Assembly: GCA_041487115.1 (NCBI GenBank) | Contig: JBGPMS010000003.1 | Span: forward strand, 1 to 38,970 | DNA length: 38,970 nucleotides | From: Gammaproteobacteria bacterium | GTDB taxonomy: Bacteria > Pseudomonadota > Gammaproteobacteria > Burkholderiales > SHXO01 | Direction: 5' to 3' | In this document: piece by piece, positions 7,988 through 17,352 of the stretch | Layout: every line of letters begins with the position of its first letter | How positions within the stretch are numbered: the stretch's first letter is position 1 | The notes under the pieces: model-generated | The model's input: the letters and a program-made list of their open reading frames with translations, nothing else | The model's database searches: none | Told to the model about the DNA's origin: nothing | Made by a program: the position numbers and the translations under genes

Positions 7988-9850
7988 TCAGCCCAGCTGA
8001 TACTCCGGCATGCTCATGATCACGTGCAGCAGCACCCGCAGCGGATCCTCCATGTAGCTTTCTGCTCCGCTCAACTGGTCGCTGCCCAGCTCCCGCGTCA
8101 GGAACTCTGCAAGTTGCCGGCGCGTGCCGGGCTCCATGGGCACGCTCAAGAAACGGTGCGCGAAGTAGTCGACGACGTCCTCCGTGGTCTTGCAGCCTTG
8201 CGCGGTGACCATGCCGGTGAGGTCCAGCTTCACCGCAGTGCGTGGTATCGGCTTCACTTTCTCCAACGCCATCTGCCAGCCGCGGTAGCTGGCGAACCGC
8301 GTGTTGAAGTCCTCGTCGCGGTCGGCCATCATGTTGGACACGGCCATCATCTCCTTCGCACCGTCCCGACCCACCGGCTTGGTGGCAGTGGAGATGTCGA
8401 GGCCGGCGCGGATCTTCTCGTGGACGGCCCGGATTTCATCGCCGCTGGGATAGACCGGATAGCGGTCCGCCGGAATGTACGCGATGTCCGGAAAAACCAC
8501 GTCTTGCGCGAAGTTGCCGCGCTCGATGAGGAGCCCGGGTGTGATCCAGCTGCGGCCCTGGGCCCAGCCGGCCACGGTGGGCGGATGGAACAGATGCTGA
8601 CTCAGCGACGCGGTGGCGTCGTTGAAGTCCGGCACGCCGGGGACCTCTTTCAACCCCAGCTTCTTGTATGTCGACACCACCAGCTCGACCGGGCTCTTGA
8701 TGTGCGTGGCCCAGGACGGCGCGCTGTAGAAGTCCTTCGACAGAAACATCGTTTCGAGCAGCGGCGCGATCTCGTAGTTGTTCTTGCGCAGCACTTCGCC
8801 CAGCGCCTTCCTGGTCTCGGGCGAAATGTCCTGGCGCACGAAGTAGCGATACAGCTTGGCGGCGAGGAATTCGGCGGTGACCGGCTGCGCCAGGATCACG
8901 TCGATGACCGCCACGCCGTCGAAGTTGCCGCTCTGGCCGAGCACGTTCTTCACGCCGTCGTCGTGCTTCTCGGGGTTGACGCGGAAAGTGAGGTCCTGAA
9001 AATCCCAGCCGGTGAAAGCACGGGCCACCTCCCGGATATCCTTCTCCGAGTAGTTGCCCACGCCCATGGTGAACAGCTCCATGATCTCGCGTGCGAAGTT
9101 CTCGTTGGGCGCACCCTTCACGTTCACGCCTGCATCCAGGAAGGCGAGCATGGCCGGGCCCTGGGCCACGCCGATCATCAGTTCGCGGAAGCTCCCCGTC
9201 CCGTGGCTCTGGAACAGCTCGAGCTGCTGCAGCATCTTGCGGTAGTCGCGCACCTTGTCCTCGTTGTTGGCGAAGTGGCCGTGCCAGAACAAGGCCATCT
9301 TCTCCTCCAGCGGGCGGTTGGTGGCGAGCATGCGGTTGGCCCACCAGTAGGAGACGCGGTCGGTCTCCAGGCGGCTCGCGCGCAGCCAGTAAAAGAACTT
9401 GTTCACCACCGGTTGCATGGGCCGGTTTCCGCCCGGCTTGACCTTCACCCCCAGCGCTTCGCCCTTGGCCTTCGCCTGGTCGGTGGTCGCGGGCCGGCTG
9501 GCGGGGAAGGGGTCCAGCCCCGCGTCGAACACCCCGGAGTGGTCGAAGGGCTGGAGCTGGCTGTTGTCGACGGTCTGGAAGCGCACGAGGTGCCGCACGG
9601 CTTGCTGCGGTGTCATGGTGGCGAGGCGCTGGATCTCTTCCGGCGTGCCGCCGAACCCGGCGCGTTCCAGCAGATGCGCGGCGCGCTCGTTACTCCAATC
9701 CTGGGGGCCGATGGGCGAGAGGTTGTCCGCCCAGGCGGCGGGCCCCCGGCCCGTGGCGGCGTCGGCCGCGGCGCCGTGGGCCGGGACCCAGGCAGCCAGA
9801 GCGATCGCGGACAGCGCGATCAGATGAGTGAGTCGAGGTAGCCTTCTCAT
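7988..9850 (-). CDS. DUF1800 family protein, secreted
   Basis: AHLLERAGFG, LEEKMALFWHGHF, NENFAREIMELFTMG, PPTVAGW, PEYQL; signal peptide; usual partner of DUF1501. Confidence 0.92.
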   Translation of the reverse strand: MRRLPRLTHLIALSAIALAAWVPAHGAAADAATGRGPAAWADNLSPIGPQDWSNERAAHLLERAGFGGTPEEIQRLATMTPQQAVRHLVRFQTVDNSQLQPFDHSGVFDAGLDPFPASRPATTDQAKAKGEALGVKVKPGGNRPMQPVVNKFFYWLRASRLETDRVSYWWANRMLATNRPLEEKMALFWHGHFANNEDKVRDYRKMLQQLELFQSHGTGSFRELMIGVAQGPAMLAFLDAGVNVKGAPNENFAREIMELFTMGVGNYSEKDIREVARAFTGWDFQDLTFRVNPEKHDDGVKNVLGQSGNFDGVAVIDVILAQPVTAEFLAAKLYRYFVRQDISPETRKALGEVLRKNNYEIAPLLETMFLSKDFYSAPSWATHIKSPVELVVSTYKKLGLKEVPGVPDFNDATASLSQHLFHPPTVAGWAQGRSWITPGLLIERGNFAQDVVFPDIAYIPADRYPVYPSGDEIRAVHEKIRAGLDISTATKPVGRDGAKEMMAVSNMMADRDEDFNTRFASYRGWQMALEKVKPIPRTAVKLDLTGMVTAQGCKTTEDVVDYFAHRFLSVPMEPGTRRQLAEFLTRELGSDQLSGAESYMEDPLRVLLHVIMSMPEYQLG

Positions 9851-10088
9851 TGTGCTGATCTCCCTCCGTCGAGGATCGCGCTCCGCCGAGGATCTCCCTG
9901 CACCGGGGGACCAGGCGAGCCGATATTGGCGCCCTGAAACCTAGCAGATTCGAGGCCGCCAAGGAATACGGATATTCTGTATTTTGAGGAAAAGACCTAC
10001 TGTTTTCGGAGGTTTACCAGCTGCCTTCTATGGGTTCACAGCCGTGTTCCAACAGGACTACCCAACACGGCCACAAGAGGATGTGCAT

Positions 10089-10964
10089 ATGTGGACGCCG
10101 TTGCGCGTTGTCTTTGACACCAATGCATTCACGCCCGACCATTTCGACATTATTGACAATAGTCCAATGCGGGGACTATGCAAGTCAGGGCGTATCGTTC
10201 CCGTTTATGGGCACGTCCTTCTTGAAGAAACAGTCCGGGTGTATGGGATCGAAGGCAAACGAGAGCAGTTGGTCAAGCGTTGGCTGCCGCTTATTGCCGA
10301 CACAGTAGATCGATTTTGTGATGACTTGGAGACCATCTGGCACCGAGAGCTGGTTCAAGGTTATGGCGTCAAGACGAACATCTGGTTGCGCAAAGAGAAG
10401 CAACGAACGCTACTCGACGAGTGTCGTAATCTGGCCGTAGATGGTTCCTGGCGAGCATGGGATGCGTCCAAACATGACCGAGATATTGATACGAATAAGC
10501 GAACCGCGCAACGGAACGCGTCGAACGCGATGCGTCGGGAAGTGGCTGACTGGCGGAAGGCAGTAGGCTATAACCGCAGAAAGCACGGTGTCAGCCGCTT
10601 GGACAAATACACGAGAAGCCTACTGGACGAAGTGGGCCGGGAGTCTGTCGTAGCGCTGGTGAAGTGCAAGTCTCCTCTCGCTGTAGCAGATCGTTGGTCG
10701 GCGGCGAAGATGCAGTACCCGTACTTCACAACGTTCGTTCTCAACATGCTCTACATGGCGCACTACGCGATGACTAGACCGAACGACAAGATTGATCCAA
10801 ATGCCCAGGCCGATCTAGATCTCATGACGCATCTTCTCCGCGCTGACGCTCTCGTATCCAACGAGACCGGCTTCTTATGCACGGCTTTTGAGGATCTTTG
10901 GCGGCCCAAGGGAAAGGTGATCTTCACTTCCAAGCAGTTCGCTGAACTGATGGGAATGTTCTAG
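10089..10964 (+). CDS. Hypothetical protein with PIN-like nuclease signature
   Basis: N-terminal VVFDTN, LLEET helix, C-terminal ADLDLM and ALVSNE; GAGG upstream of ATG 10089. Confidence 0.65.
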   Translation: MWTPLRVVFDTNAFTPDHFDIIDNSPMRGLCKSGRIVPVYGHVLLEETVRVYGIEGKREQLVKRWLPLIADTVDRFCDDLETIWHRELVQGYGVKTNIWLRKEKQRTLLDECRNLAVDGSWRAWDASKHDRDIDTNKRTAQRNASNAMRREVADWRKAVGYNRRKHGVSRLDKYTRSLLDEVGRESVVALVKCKSPLAVADRWSAAKMQYPYFTTFVLNMLYMAHYAMTRPNDKIDPNAQADLDLMTHLLRADALVSNETGFLCTAFEDLWRPKGKVIFTSKQFAELMGMF

Positions 10965-10990
10965 GTTTCCGACCCGACAGTGTTGCCCGC

Positions 10991-11215
10991 ATGAATGACG
11001 ACAAGCACAACACGTATCGACTATCCGAGCATCGCTGGTACTTTGACAACGACTCCGAAAAAGCCGAAGCCCGGGAAGCAGGATTACAGATGCGGACAGT
11101 GTTGGAACGGTTGGGGCTATCAGGGGTAGCGAACCTAACGCACGTGACAATACCATCGCCGTCAGGGAATCGGGCTATTGGATGTTGCAGGTTTACGACG
11201 ATGAACGTTAAATAG
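10991..11215 (+). CDS. Short hypothetical ORF or gene remnant
   Basis: 74-aa ORF filling the gap between convergent genes; no clear SD, no recognised motif. Confidence 0.3.
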   Translation: MNDDKHNTYRLSEHRWYFDNDSEKAEAREAGLQMRTVLERLGLSGVANLTHVTIPSPSGNRAIGCCRFTTMNVK

Positions 11216-12023
11216 CATGCTCCGGAACTCTGCCCAACTCATTTGGTGGGTCGCCGAATGATCTGGGTCTGACGATCAGCCGTTTGTCTAGTGGCTCAAA
11301 AAGATAATCGCAATGGTCTGCATTCTTGAGTTTTCTGGCAATCGCAAATGCGACCGCATCCGCCACTTGAAGGACGCTGCTTTCGTCTTTCTCCGCGAAG
11401 AAAGCAGTCTCAGCAATCTTCTCAATGGGGAAGAATTCCTGCCAGTTAGTAAAGGTCCGCTTTAGGTGCTCGATGTTCTCATTGTCTTTGAGATAGTTGT
11501 GCGTCGCGCGGATAAGCCTTCTCGCTTGATCATTGTTTTCGTATACGAGGGTTGCCACTTCCTGCTGCTCGGGTGCGCTGTATTGAGCACATAGCCTGCG
11601 CATGTAGCGCTCAATTGAAAGTAGACATATAGACGAGCCGATCACTTGCGCTCCGACGGTCACCTGGGGCGGAGTGCTAGTCGGGTGTTGGGCAAGATGA
11701 GCCGCGCGCTCCACAGGCCCTATCACCACCGGCAAATGGAATTTCTCCGGAATTTCGCAAAGCTCGCGCAAAATCGTATGGCGCAGTTCCCTCGGGTACA
11801 CTTCGCGCCTGAAAATCTTGCCGGCGCCATGAAACAACTCTTTCGCATGGAAGCAGAAGCCGCGACGCTGATCGGGGTGGATAAAGTCCTCGACCATCTC
11901 GCTCAAATATCTTTCGATCGCCTTTAGCTGGCGATCTGCATGGACAATTACCCCGGCGACAACGACGAATGGTTCTTTTCTTGGGTCGCCGATACCGTAC
12001 TCATCAAGGTAAGCGAATCTCAC
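11208..12023 (-). CDS. DUF3800 family protein (predicted RNase H-like fold)
   Basis: N-terminal FAYLDEYG..FVVVAGV, FHAKELFHG, C-terminal LQVADAVAF; GTG start at 12023 with GGAGG upstream. Confidence 0.8.
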   Translation of the reverse strand: MRFAYLDEYGIGDPRKEPFVVVAGVIVHADRQLKAIERYLSEMVEDFIHPDQRRGFCFHAKELFHGAGKIFRREVYPRELRHTILRELCEIPEKFHLPVVIGPVERAAHLAQHPTSTPPQVTVGAQVIGSSICLLSIERYMRRLCAQYSAPEQQEVATLVYENNDQARRLIRATHNYLKDNENIEHLKRTFTNWQEFFPIEKIAETAFFAEKDESSVLQVADAVAFAIARKLKNADHCDYLFEPLDKRLIVRPRSFGDPPNELGRVPEHAI

Positions 12024-12129
12024 GAGACAGCCTCCCGCCAATTCGCCCCCATCGGGGGGCGTGCGTCCCTACTTGGACTAGACTCGCTTTGGATGTAGGC
12101 GCATGCAGCCGGTTGCCCAGAGCGATGGA

Positions 12130-12519
12130 TCACTTCCTGAAAACGGTGATGAGCTGCCATGACGTTTTTTCTGGAAGCCGGCATTCCCAAAATGTCCAAC
12201 CGTTGACGGCACTCTTGGTGATCGACATCGCAGCGCGTGAAGGGCTATCGAAGACCTTGCCATTGAGTCGGAGGGCACCCCCTTCAACTATCCCTTGATA
12301 GGGTTCGCCCTTGTAGTTGGCACGAAACTCTGTACCCGCAGGGAACCTCACACCCTTAGTCACCCAGTCACCCGACGAGCTGCCGTTCGTCGGTCCAGAC
12401 CGCTTTGGCTCACCCAGGGCAAGAATGTCGCGGAGAACGTCGTTGTACGACACGTCCTCTGTCGTCCGACGGACTGTTAGCGCCTTGAATACATCAAAGT
12501 CAATCTCGATCGTTGCCAT
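12130..12519 (-). CDS. RAMA (DUF4357-like) domain protein with N-terminal SeqA/RHH-like segment
   Basis: MATIEIDFDVFKAL..SYNDVLR N-terminus; FDSPSRAA...VNGWTFW C-terminal signature; GGAGG SD. Confidence 0.8.
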   Translation of the reverse strand: MATIEIDFDVFKALTVRRTTEDVSYNDVLRDILALGEPKRSGPTNGSSSGDWVTKGVRFPAGTEFRANYKGEPYQGIVEGGALRLNGKVFDSPSRAAMSITKSAVNGWTFWECRLPEKTSWQLITVFRK

Positions 12520-12530
12520 AGGGGCCTCCT

Positions 12531-12593
12531 CTATAGTCTGATAGGATCGAAGGACTCTGCAAGCACTATAGAGCTATAGATAGATCCTGTCAA
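12531..12593 (-). promoter_or_regulatory. Sigma70 promoter TTGACA-N17-TATAGT with three CTATAG palindromes
   Basis: -35 at 12593-12588, -10 at 12570-12565; CTATAG at 12531-12536, 12566-12571, 12574-12579. Confidence 0.8.
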
Positions 12594-12622
12594 ACATCTT
12601 GACGCGATGCGCACTGCCAATG

Positions 12623-12658
12623 AAAAGAGCCGACGATCCTGCCAAGGAAGGTCGGCTC
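12623..12658 (-). terminator. Rho-independent terminator downstream of lhr
   Basis: GAGCCGAC (12627-12634) pairs with GTCGGCTC (12651-12658); TTTT follows on the minus strand. Confidence 0.65.
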
Positions 12659-12696
12659 AAATCATCTCCAGCGTCAGGCAGATTCGAGCCCCCGCG

Positions 12697-15600
12697 CTAC
12701 ATCAAGGCCGCCAGCCCGGCGGGCGCCGGGGTGCGCAGCAGCAGGTTCTTCATCTCCCACGCCTGCTCCGGCTGCAGCTTGTCGAGGTACTGCACTTCGC
12801 CCGAGACCAGGGCAGCGACGGCGATACCGTCGCGGAACAGCACGCGGTTGGAATACAGTGCGGCGACCTTCGGACCCGGCAGCAGGATGCCCGCCAGATT
12901 CAGGGGATCGGCGCCGCTGATCACCGTCAGCCGTCCGGCCTTGTCTGCGTTGCGCGTTCCGCGCAGCACGCCCACCGCTTCGGGCAGCGCGAACTGCTCG
13001 CCCGAGATACCGGCCACAAAGCGTCCGCCGCGGATCTCCCCGCGGGCCTCCAGCCGGCGTAGCGCCATCAACAGGTCGCGCCACGGCGGCAGCCACTCCG
13101 CCTCGCGCGCCAACAGGCGCCAGAACACCACGCCGTAGCGCTTCAGCAGTGTGCGTGCAATCTGCTCCACCGTTTCGCGCGGCAGAGTCCGGCTGACGCC
13201 ATCGTCGCTGGCCTGACGCCGCCGGATCAGGGCCCAGCGCCCGGCATCTTCGATGCCGAACAAGGCGGTACGCCGCCGGCGCGCGCCCGACAGCGGTTTG
13301 CGCCGATCCGAAGGCAGCAGCAGCGCACGCAGCCCGCTGAAGCCGTCGGAGTTCACCAGCCCGACCGCCACCAACTCGCCCAGCGCTTCTTCGACGAAGG
13401 TGCGCGGCAGGTCGAGCCCTTGCACGATATCGTCGAAGAAGGAGGCACCGTGCTGCGCGAGGTAGTTCGCCACAGCTTGCGCGCGGGAGCTGAGCCGCAA
13501 GTCCTCGGCGCCAGCGGACTTCACCAGGGCTGTCCACACCGAGAGGTTCTTGCGGGTGATCAACGTCACCGGCGTGCCGCGCACGGGACTGGGGCCCTGG
13601 CTGCGCTCGGGGCTCAGCTTCGGCGCATCGAGGCGAGTCCAGACCACTCGTCCCGCGAGGCACAGGTCATCCAGCCAGGCCGGCTCGTAACCGGAGACAC
13701 GCGTGGGCAGAATCTCAGCCTCCCACGCCGCTGCCGCAGCTTCGAAGCCCTCCAGTTGCGATACGATCGCGGCGACCGCATCCGGGCCTTCCATGCGTTC
13801 ATCCGGCGCTGTGTGCTGCCAGTCGAGCAGGAACCGCATGAAGTCGCCAGCGGACACCGGCTCGATCTCCTGGCGCAGGCGCTTGACCGTGTAGCGGTTG
13901 ATGCGCGCCAGCAATCGACGCTCGCACCACTCGGTTCCGGTGGCGCCTGGCGTGTAGCTGCCGCGCATCGCGAAGCCCTCCGACTCCAGCGCCAGCAATG
14001 CGAGATCGACGTCCGATACCGGAACTCCGAGCGACGATGCAACAGCGGCGGCCGTGACCGGGCCCAGGCCCTCCAACCTGCCGCGCACGACTTCGATCAA
14101 CGCGGCTTCCCTGGTCCACGCCTTGGCGGCGTATTCCTGAGGCACGGTTACCGTTGGCTCCAACACCGCGCTGGGATGGATGGCGAGGAATTCGGGAACG
14201 CGCTCGGCGGCAATCCAGATGCCCTCACCCCAACCCTCTCCCACTGACGCGGGAGAGTGGGAAGGGTCGTGGCACGCGGGTGAGGGCGAGGGTGAGGGCA
14301 GCAGCTTCAGTTGCGTCGAGCGTCGCGCCGCGGCCAGCTCCGCCAGCTTGCTCTCCCATCCCGCGTTGGCACGCGCCTCTTCCACCGTCAGGCATCCCAT
14401 CCAGAGCAGAGCGTCGTGCAGCTCATCGGCGCTGTCGGGCTCGGGCCAGGCTTCTTGTTTCACGCGCTCGATGGCCTCGGGGTCGAGGCGGCCGATATCG
14501 GCGGCGCTCTCGGGATCCAACCAGCGGCGGCTGACGACAGCTTGCGTTCGGCGCTCCTCGAGGGGCGCATCGTCCAGGAAGGCATAGGGGCGCGCGGACA
14601 GGATCTCCAGAGCGAAAGGCGAGGGCATCGTGAGCTCGCGCCCCGTCACACGTACCGCGCCGGTCTCCAGATTGACGAGCAGCCGCTCCAGGCCGTCGAT
14701 ATCCATCGCTTGGTGCAGACAGTCGTCGATGGTCTGGCTCACCAGCGGATGGTCCGGGATCTCACGGTCGCCGACGATGTTTTCCTGGCAGGCGAGCTGG
14801 TCCGGGAACACGGCAGCGATCAAGTCCTCCGCCTGCATGCGCTGCAACTGCGGCGGGACCTTGGCTCCGCCCCTGAAGCGCAGCAGCGCGAGCGCGATCG
14901 ATGCATTCCAGCGCCAGCGGGTCATGAACATCGGCGCATCGAGCAGCGCCTGCACCAGCAGCTCGCGGACGCTGTTCGAGTTGAGATAGCGCGCGACCTC
15001 CTCGAGCTGGAAGCTGTGGGTCGCGGTGAGCGAGAGGATGATCGCATCCTCGGTGGCGGCCGCCTGCAGCTCGAAGTTGAACTTGCGGCAGAAGCGCTTT
15101 CTCAGGCTCAAGCCCCACGCGCGGTTGATGCGGCTGCCGTAGGGCGAATGGATCACCAGTTGCGTGCCGCCGGCTTCGTCGAAGAAGCGCTCGAACACCA
15201 GATCCTGCTGGGTCGGCAGCAAGCCAAGCGCAGCCTTGGCCGCGGCGAAGTAGTCGACGATCTGAGCGGCGGCCTCTTCGGCGATGCCGACTTGATCGAC
15301 CAGATAGCGCAACGCTGCGCCGGGATTCGTGAGCCTCGCCTCGACCTCCTGCCGCAGGCGGGACACCGCTGCGGACACCTCGTCCGTGCGCGCCGGGGCC
15401 TCGCCCAGCCAGAAGGGGATGGAGGGCGGCAGGCCGTGGGCGTCTTCCACGCGCACGCGTCCGGCCTCCACCCGCTGGATGCGATAAGACGTGTTGCCGA
15501 GCTGGAATACGTCCCCGGCCATACTCTCCACCGCGAAGTCCTCGTTCACGGTGCCGATGATCTGCTCCTCCGGCACCAGCACCACGTTGTAGTCGGCGGT

Positions 15601-17139
15601 ATCGGGAATGGTGCCGCCGCAAGTGATGGCGGTCAGCCGCAGTCCCTGCCGCGGACGCAGTTTGCGATTTACCGCGTCGCGGTGTACCAGCGCATGGCTG
15701 CGGCCGCGGCGGGTGGAGAACCCGTCCGCGAGCATCTGCACCACGGCTGCGTACTCTTCGCGGCTGAGCGTGCGGTAGGGCCACGCTTGCCGGAACAGCT
15801 CGAACAGCGCGTCCTCGTCCCACTCGCCGCAAGCGAGTTCGGCGGCGATCTGTTGCGCCAGGACGTCGAGCGGCTTCTGCGGTATGCGCAGACGGTCCAG
15901 CTCCTCCCGGCGCACCGCGTCCAGCAGCGCAGTGCACTCGACGAGATCGTCGCGCGACAGCGGGAAGATCCGGCCCTTGGGCAACCCGCCTACAGCGTGG
16001 CCGGAACGGCCGACCCGTTGCAGCAGACCGGAAATGGAACGCGGGGTGGAGATCTGGCACACCAGATCCACGTGGCCGATGTCGATGCCGAGCTCCAGGG
16101 ACGAAGTGGCGACCAGCGCCTTCAACTCGCCGCGCTTGAGCTTCTGTTCGGCGGCGAGGCGCTGCTCGCGCGCCATGCTGCCGTGGTGCGAAGTGACCTT
16201 GTCCTCGCCCAGGCGCTCGGTCAGTGCGCGTGCCACCCGCTCGGCCAGGCGCCGGGTGTTGACGAACACCAGCGTCGATCGGTGCTCCTGAATCAAACTG
16301 GTGAGCCGCTCGTAGGTCTGGCCCCACACCTCGCCCGACATCACGGCTTCGAGCGGCGACTCGGGGACCTCGATAGCGAGATCGCGTTTGCGCACGTGAC
16401 CGGTGTCGATCACCGTGCAGGCGTGTGCCGGAGCATCTGTCGCGCCGGGTTCGAACAGGTCTTTCGCCGGCCGGCCGCCGGAGCCGACGAGAAAGCGCGC
16501 TACTTCCTCGATCGGCTTCTGTGTGGCCGACAACCCCACGCGGGTCAAGCGGTTGCCGGTGATGTGTTCCAGGCGCTCGAGGCACAAGGATAGATGGACG
16601 CCGCGCTTGTTGGGGGCGAGCGCGTGGATCTCGTCGACGATGACGGTGCGAGCGTTGGCCAGGGTCTTGCGGCCGGATTCACTGGTCAACAGGATGTACA
16701 GCGACTCGGGCGTGGTCACCAGAATGTGGGGCGGCTTGCGCCGCATGCGATCGCGATCGGCCTGGGGCGTGTCACCGGTGCGTACCAGCGTGCGGATCTC
16801 GACTTCGGGAAATCCCAAGGCAACCAGCTCCTCCCGGATGCCGGCGAGCGGCTCCACCAAGTTCTTGTGGATGTCGTTCGACAGCGCCTTGAGCGGCGAG
16901 ACGTACACCACCTGCGTGGTGTCGCTCAGTTGATGGCGCACGCCCTGTCGCACCAGGCCGTCGATGGCCGCAAGAAACGCGGCCAGCGTCTTGCCTGAGC
17001 CGGTGGGCGCGGCGATCAACACGTGCTGTCCGGACTGGATTACCGGCCAGGCTCGAATCTGCGGCTCGGTCGGGGCGGTGTAGGTACGCCGGAACCAGTT
17101 GGCGACGGCAGGGTGAAAGCTGTCGAGGACGTTGGTCAT
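12697..17139 (-). CDS. lhr: Lhr-family large SF2 helicase with C-terminal winged-helix/glycosylase-like region
   Basis: [53 protein letters not shown]; C-terminal RGGRFV..GEQFA and DPLNL; 1480 aa from ATG 17139. Confidence 0.92.
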   Translation of the reverse strand: MTNVLDSFHPAVANWFRRTYTAPTEPQIRAWPVIQSGQHVLIAAPTGSGKTLAAFLAAIDGLVRQGVRHQLSDTTQVVYVSPLKALSNDIHKNLVEPLAGIREELVALGFPEVEIRTLVRTGDTPQADRDRMRRKPPHILVTTPESLYILLTSESGRKTLANARTVIVDEIHALAPNKRGVHLSLCLERLEHITGNRLTRVGLSATQKPIEEVARFLVGSGGRPAKDLFEPGATDAPAHACTVIDTGHVRKRDLAIEVPESPLEAVMSGEVWGQTYERLTSLIQEHRSTLVFVNTRRLAERVARALTERLGEDKVTSHHGSMAREQRLAAEQKLKRGELKALVATSSLELGIDIGHVDLVCQISTPRSISGLLQRVGRSGHAVGGLPKGRIFPLSRDDLVECTALLDAVRREELDRLRIPQKPLDVLAQQIAAELACGEWDEDALFELFRQAWPYRTLSREEYAAVVQMLADGFSTRRGRSHALVHRDAVNRKLRPRQGLRLTAITCGGTIPDTADYNVVLVPEEQIIGTVNEDFAVESMAGDVFQLGNTSYRIQRVEAGRVRVEDAHGLPPSIPFWLGEAPARTDEVSAAVSRLRQEVEARLTNPGAALRYLVDQVGIAEEAAAQIVDYFAAAKAALGLLPTQQDLVFERFFDEAGGTQLVIHSPYGSRINRAWGLSLRKRFCRKFNFELQAAATEDAIILSLTATHSFQLEEVARYLNSNSVRELLVQALLDAPMFMTRWRWNASIALALLRFRGGAKVPPQLQRMQAEDLIAAVFPDQLACQENIVGDREIPDHPLVSQTIDDCLHQAMDIDGLERLLVNLETGAVRVTGRELTMPSPFALEILSARPYAFLDDAPLEERRTQAVVSRRWLDPESAADIGRLDPEAIERVKQEAWPEPDSADELHDALLWMGCLTVEEARANAGWESKLAELAAARRSTQLKLLPSPSPSPACHDPSHSPASVGEGWGEGIWIAAERVPEFLAIHPSAVLEPTVTVPQEYAAKAWTREAALIEVVRGRLEGLGPVTAAAVASSLGVPVSDVDLALLALESEGFAMRGSYTPGATGTEWCERRLLARINRYTVKRLRQEIEPVSAGDFMRFLLDWQHTAPDERMEGPDAVAAIVSQLEGFEAAAAAWEAEILPTRVSGYEPAWLDDLCLAGRVVWTRLDAPKLSPERSQGPSPVRGTPVTLITRKNLSVWTALVKSAGAEDLRLSSRAQAVANYLAQHGASFFDDIVQGLDLPRTFVEEALGELVAVGLVNSDGFSGLRALLLPSDRRKPLSGARRRRTALFGIEDAGRWALIRRRQASDDGVSRTLPRETVEQIARTLLKRYGVVFWRLLAREAEWLPPWRDLLMALRRLEARGEIRGGRFVAGISGEQFALPEAVGVLRGTRNADKAGRLTVISGADPLNLAGILLPGPKVAALYSNRVLFRDGIAVAALVSGEVQYLDKLQPEQAWEMKNLLLRTPAPAGLAALM
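14222..14298. repeat. REP-like palindromic element inside the lhr coding sequence
   Basis: CCCTCACCCCAACCCTCTCCC..GGGAGAG...GGGTGAGGG, same family as intergenic copies; translated as [26 protein letters not shown]. Confidence 0.85.
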
Positions 17140-17185
17140 AGGGGCGGATTGTGGCATTCCCGAATAGCTCAAGCGATGAGCCATG

Positions 17186-17226
17186 CCAGCAGACATAAGG
17201 TCCCTCCAGCAGACATTAAGGTCCCT
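17186..17226 (+). repeat. Tandem 20/21-bp duplication
   Basis: CCAGCAGACATAAGGTCCCT (17186-17205) then CCAGCAGACATTAAGGTCCCT (17206-17226). Confidence 0.85.
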
Positions 17227-17345
17227 CTCCCTCTGGGAGAGGGCAAGGGTGCGGGAGAGGGTAGGGTGAGGGTCCGAGAGGGCAGGGTGAGGGTGGGTTC
17301 ATGGTCCTGGCCCTCGTCGCCTTGCGCCGGCTATGGGGAGAGGGA
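17223..17345. repeat. REP-like cluster (CCCTCTCCC..GGGAGAGGG..GGGTGAGGG family)
   Basis: Hairpin CCCTCTCCC-TCT-GGGAGAGGG plus tandem GAGGG(T/C)AGGGTGAGGGT units; 17253-17294 is the reverse complement of 38787-38828 with one mismatch. Confidence 0.85.
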
Positions 17346-17352
17346 CCTCATG

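Larger units (their letters stand above)
9944..12688. mobile_element. Small horizontally acquired islet bounded by 11-bp direct repeats
   Basis: GCAGATTCGAG at 9944-9954 and 12678-12688; interior visibly more AT-rich with atypical codons; no integrase inside. Confidence 0.7.

Noticed and set aside
8024-9841. 605-aa plus-strand ORF, and similar long ORFs at 14311-16593, 17023-18606, 28613-30952, 1735-3159, 3456-4868
   Set aside because: Antisense shadows of well-supported genes, expected in high-GC DNA; no recognisable motifs.
10976-11104. 10-bp direct repeat GACAGTGTTG (10976 and 11095) as a mini-array downstream of DUF3800
   Set aside because: Only two short copies, no extension of similarity, no palindrome.
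11151-11204. GNAT-like HRRQGIG motif in an alternative frame
   Set aside because: Frame is closed by stops just upstream and shortly after; likely chance.
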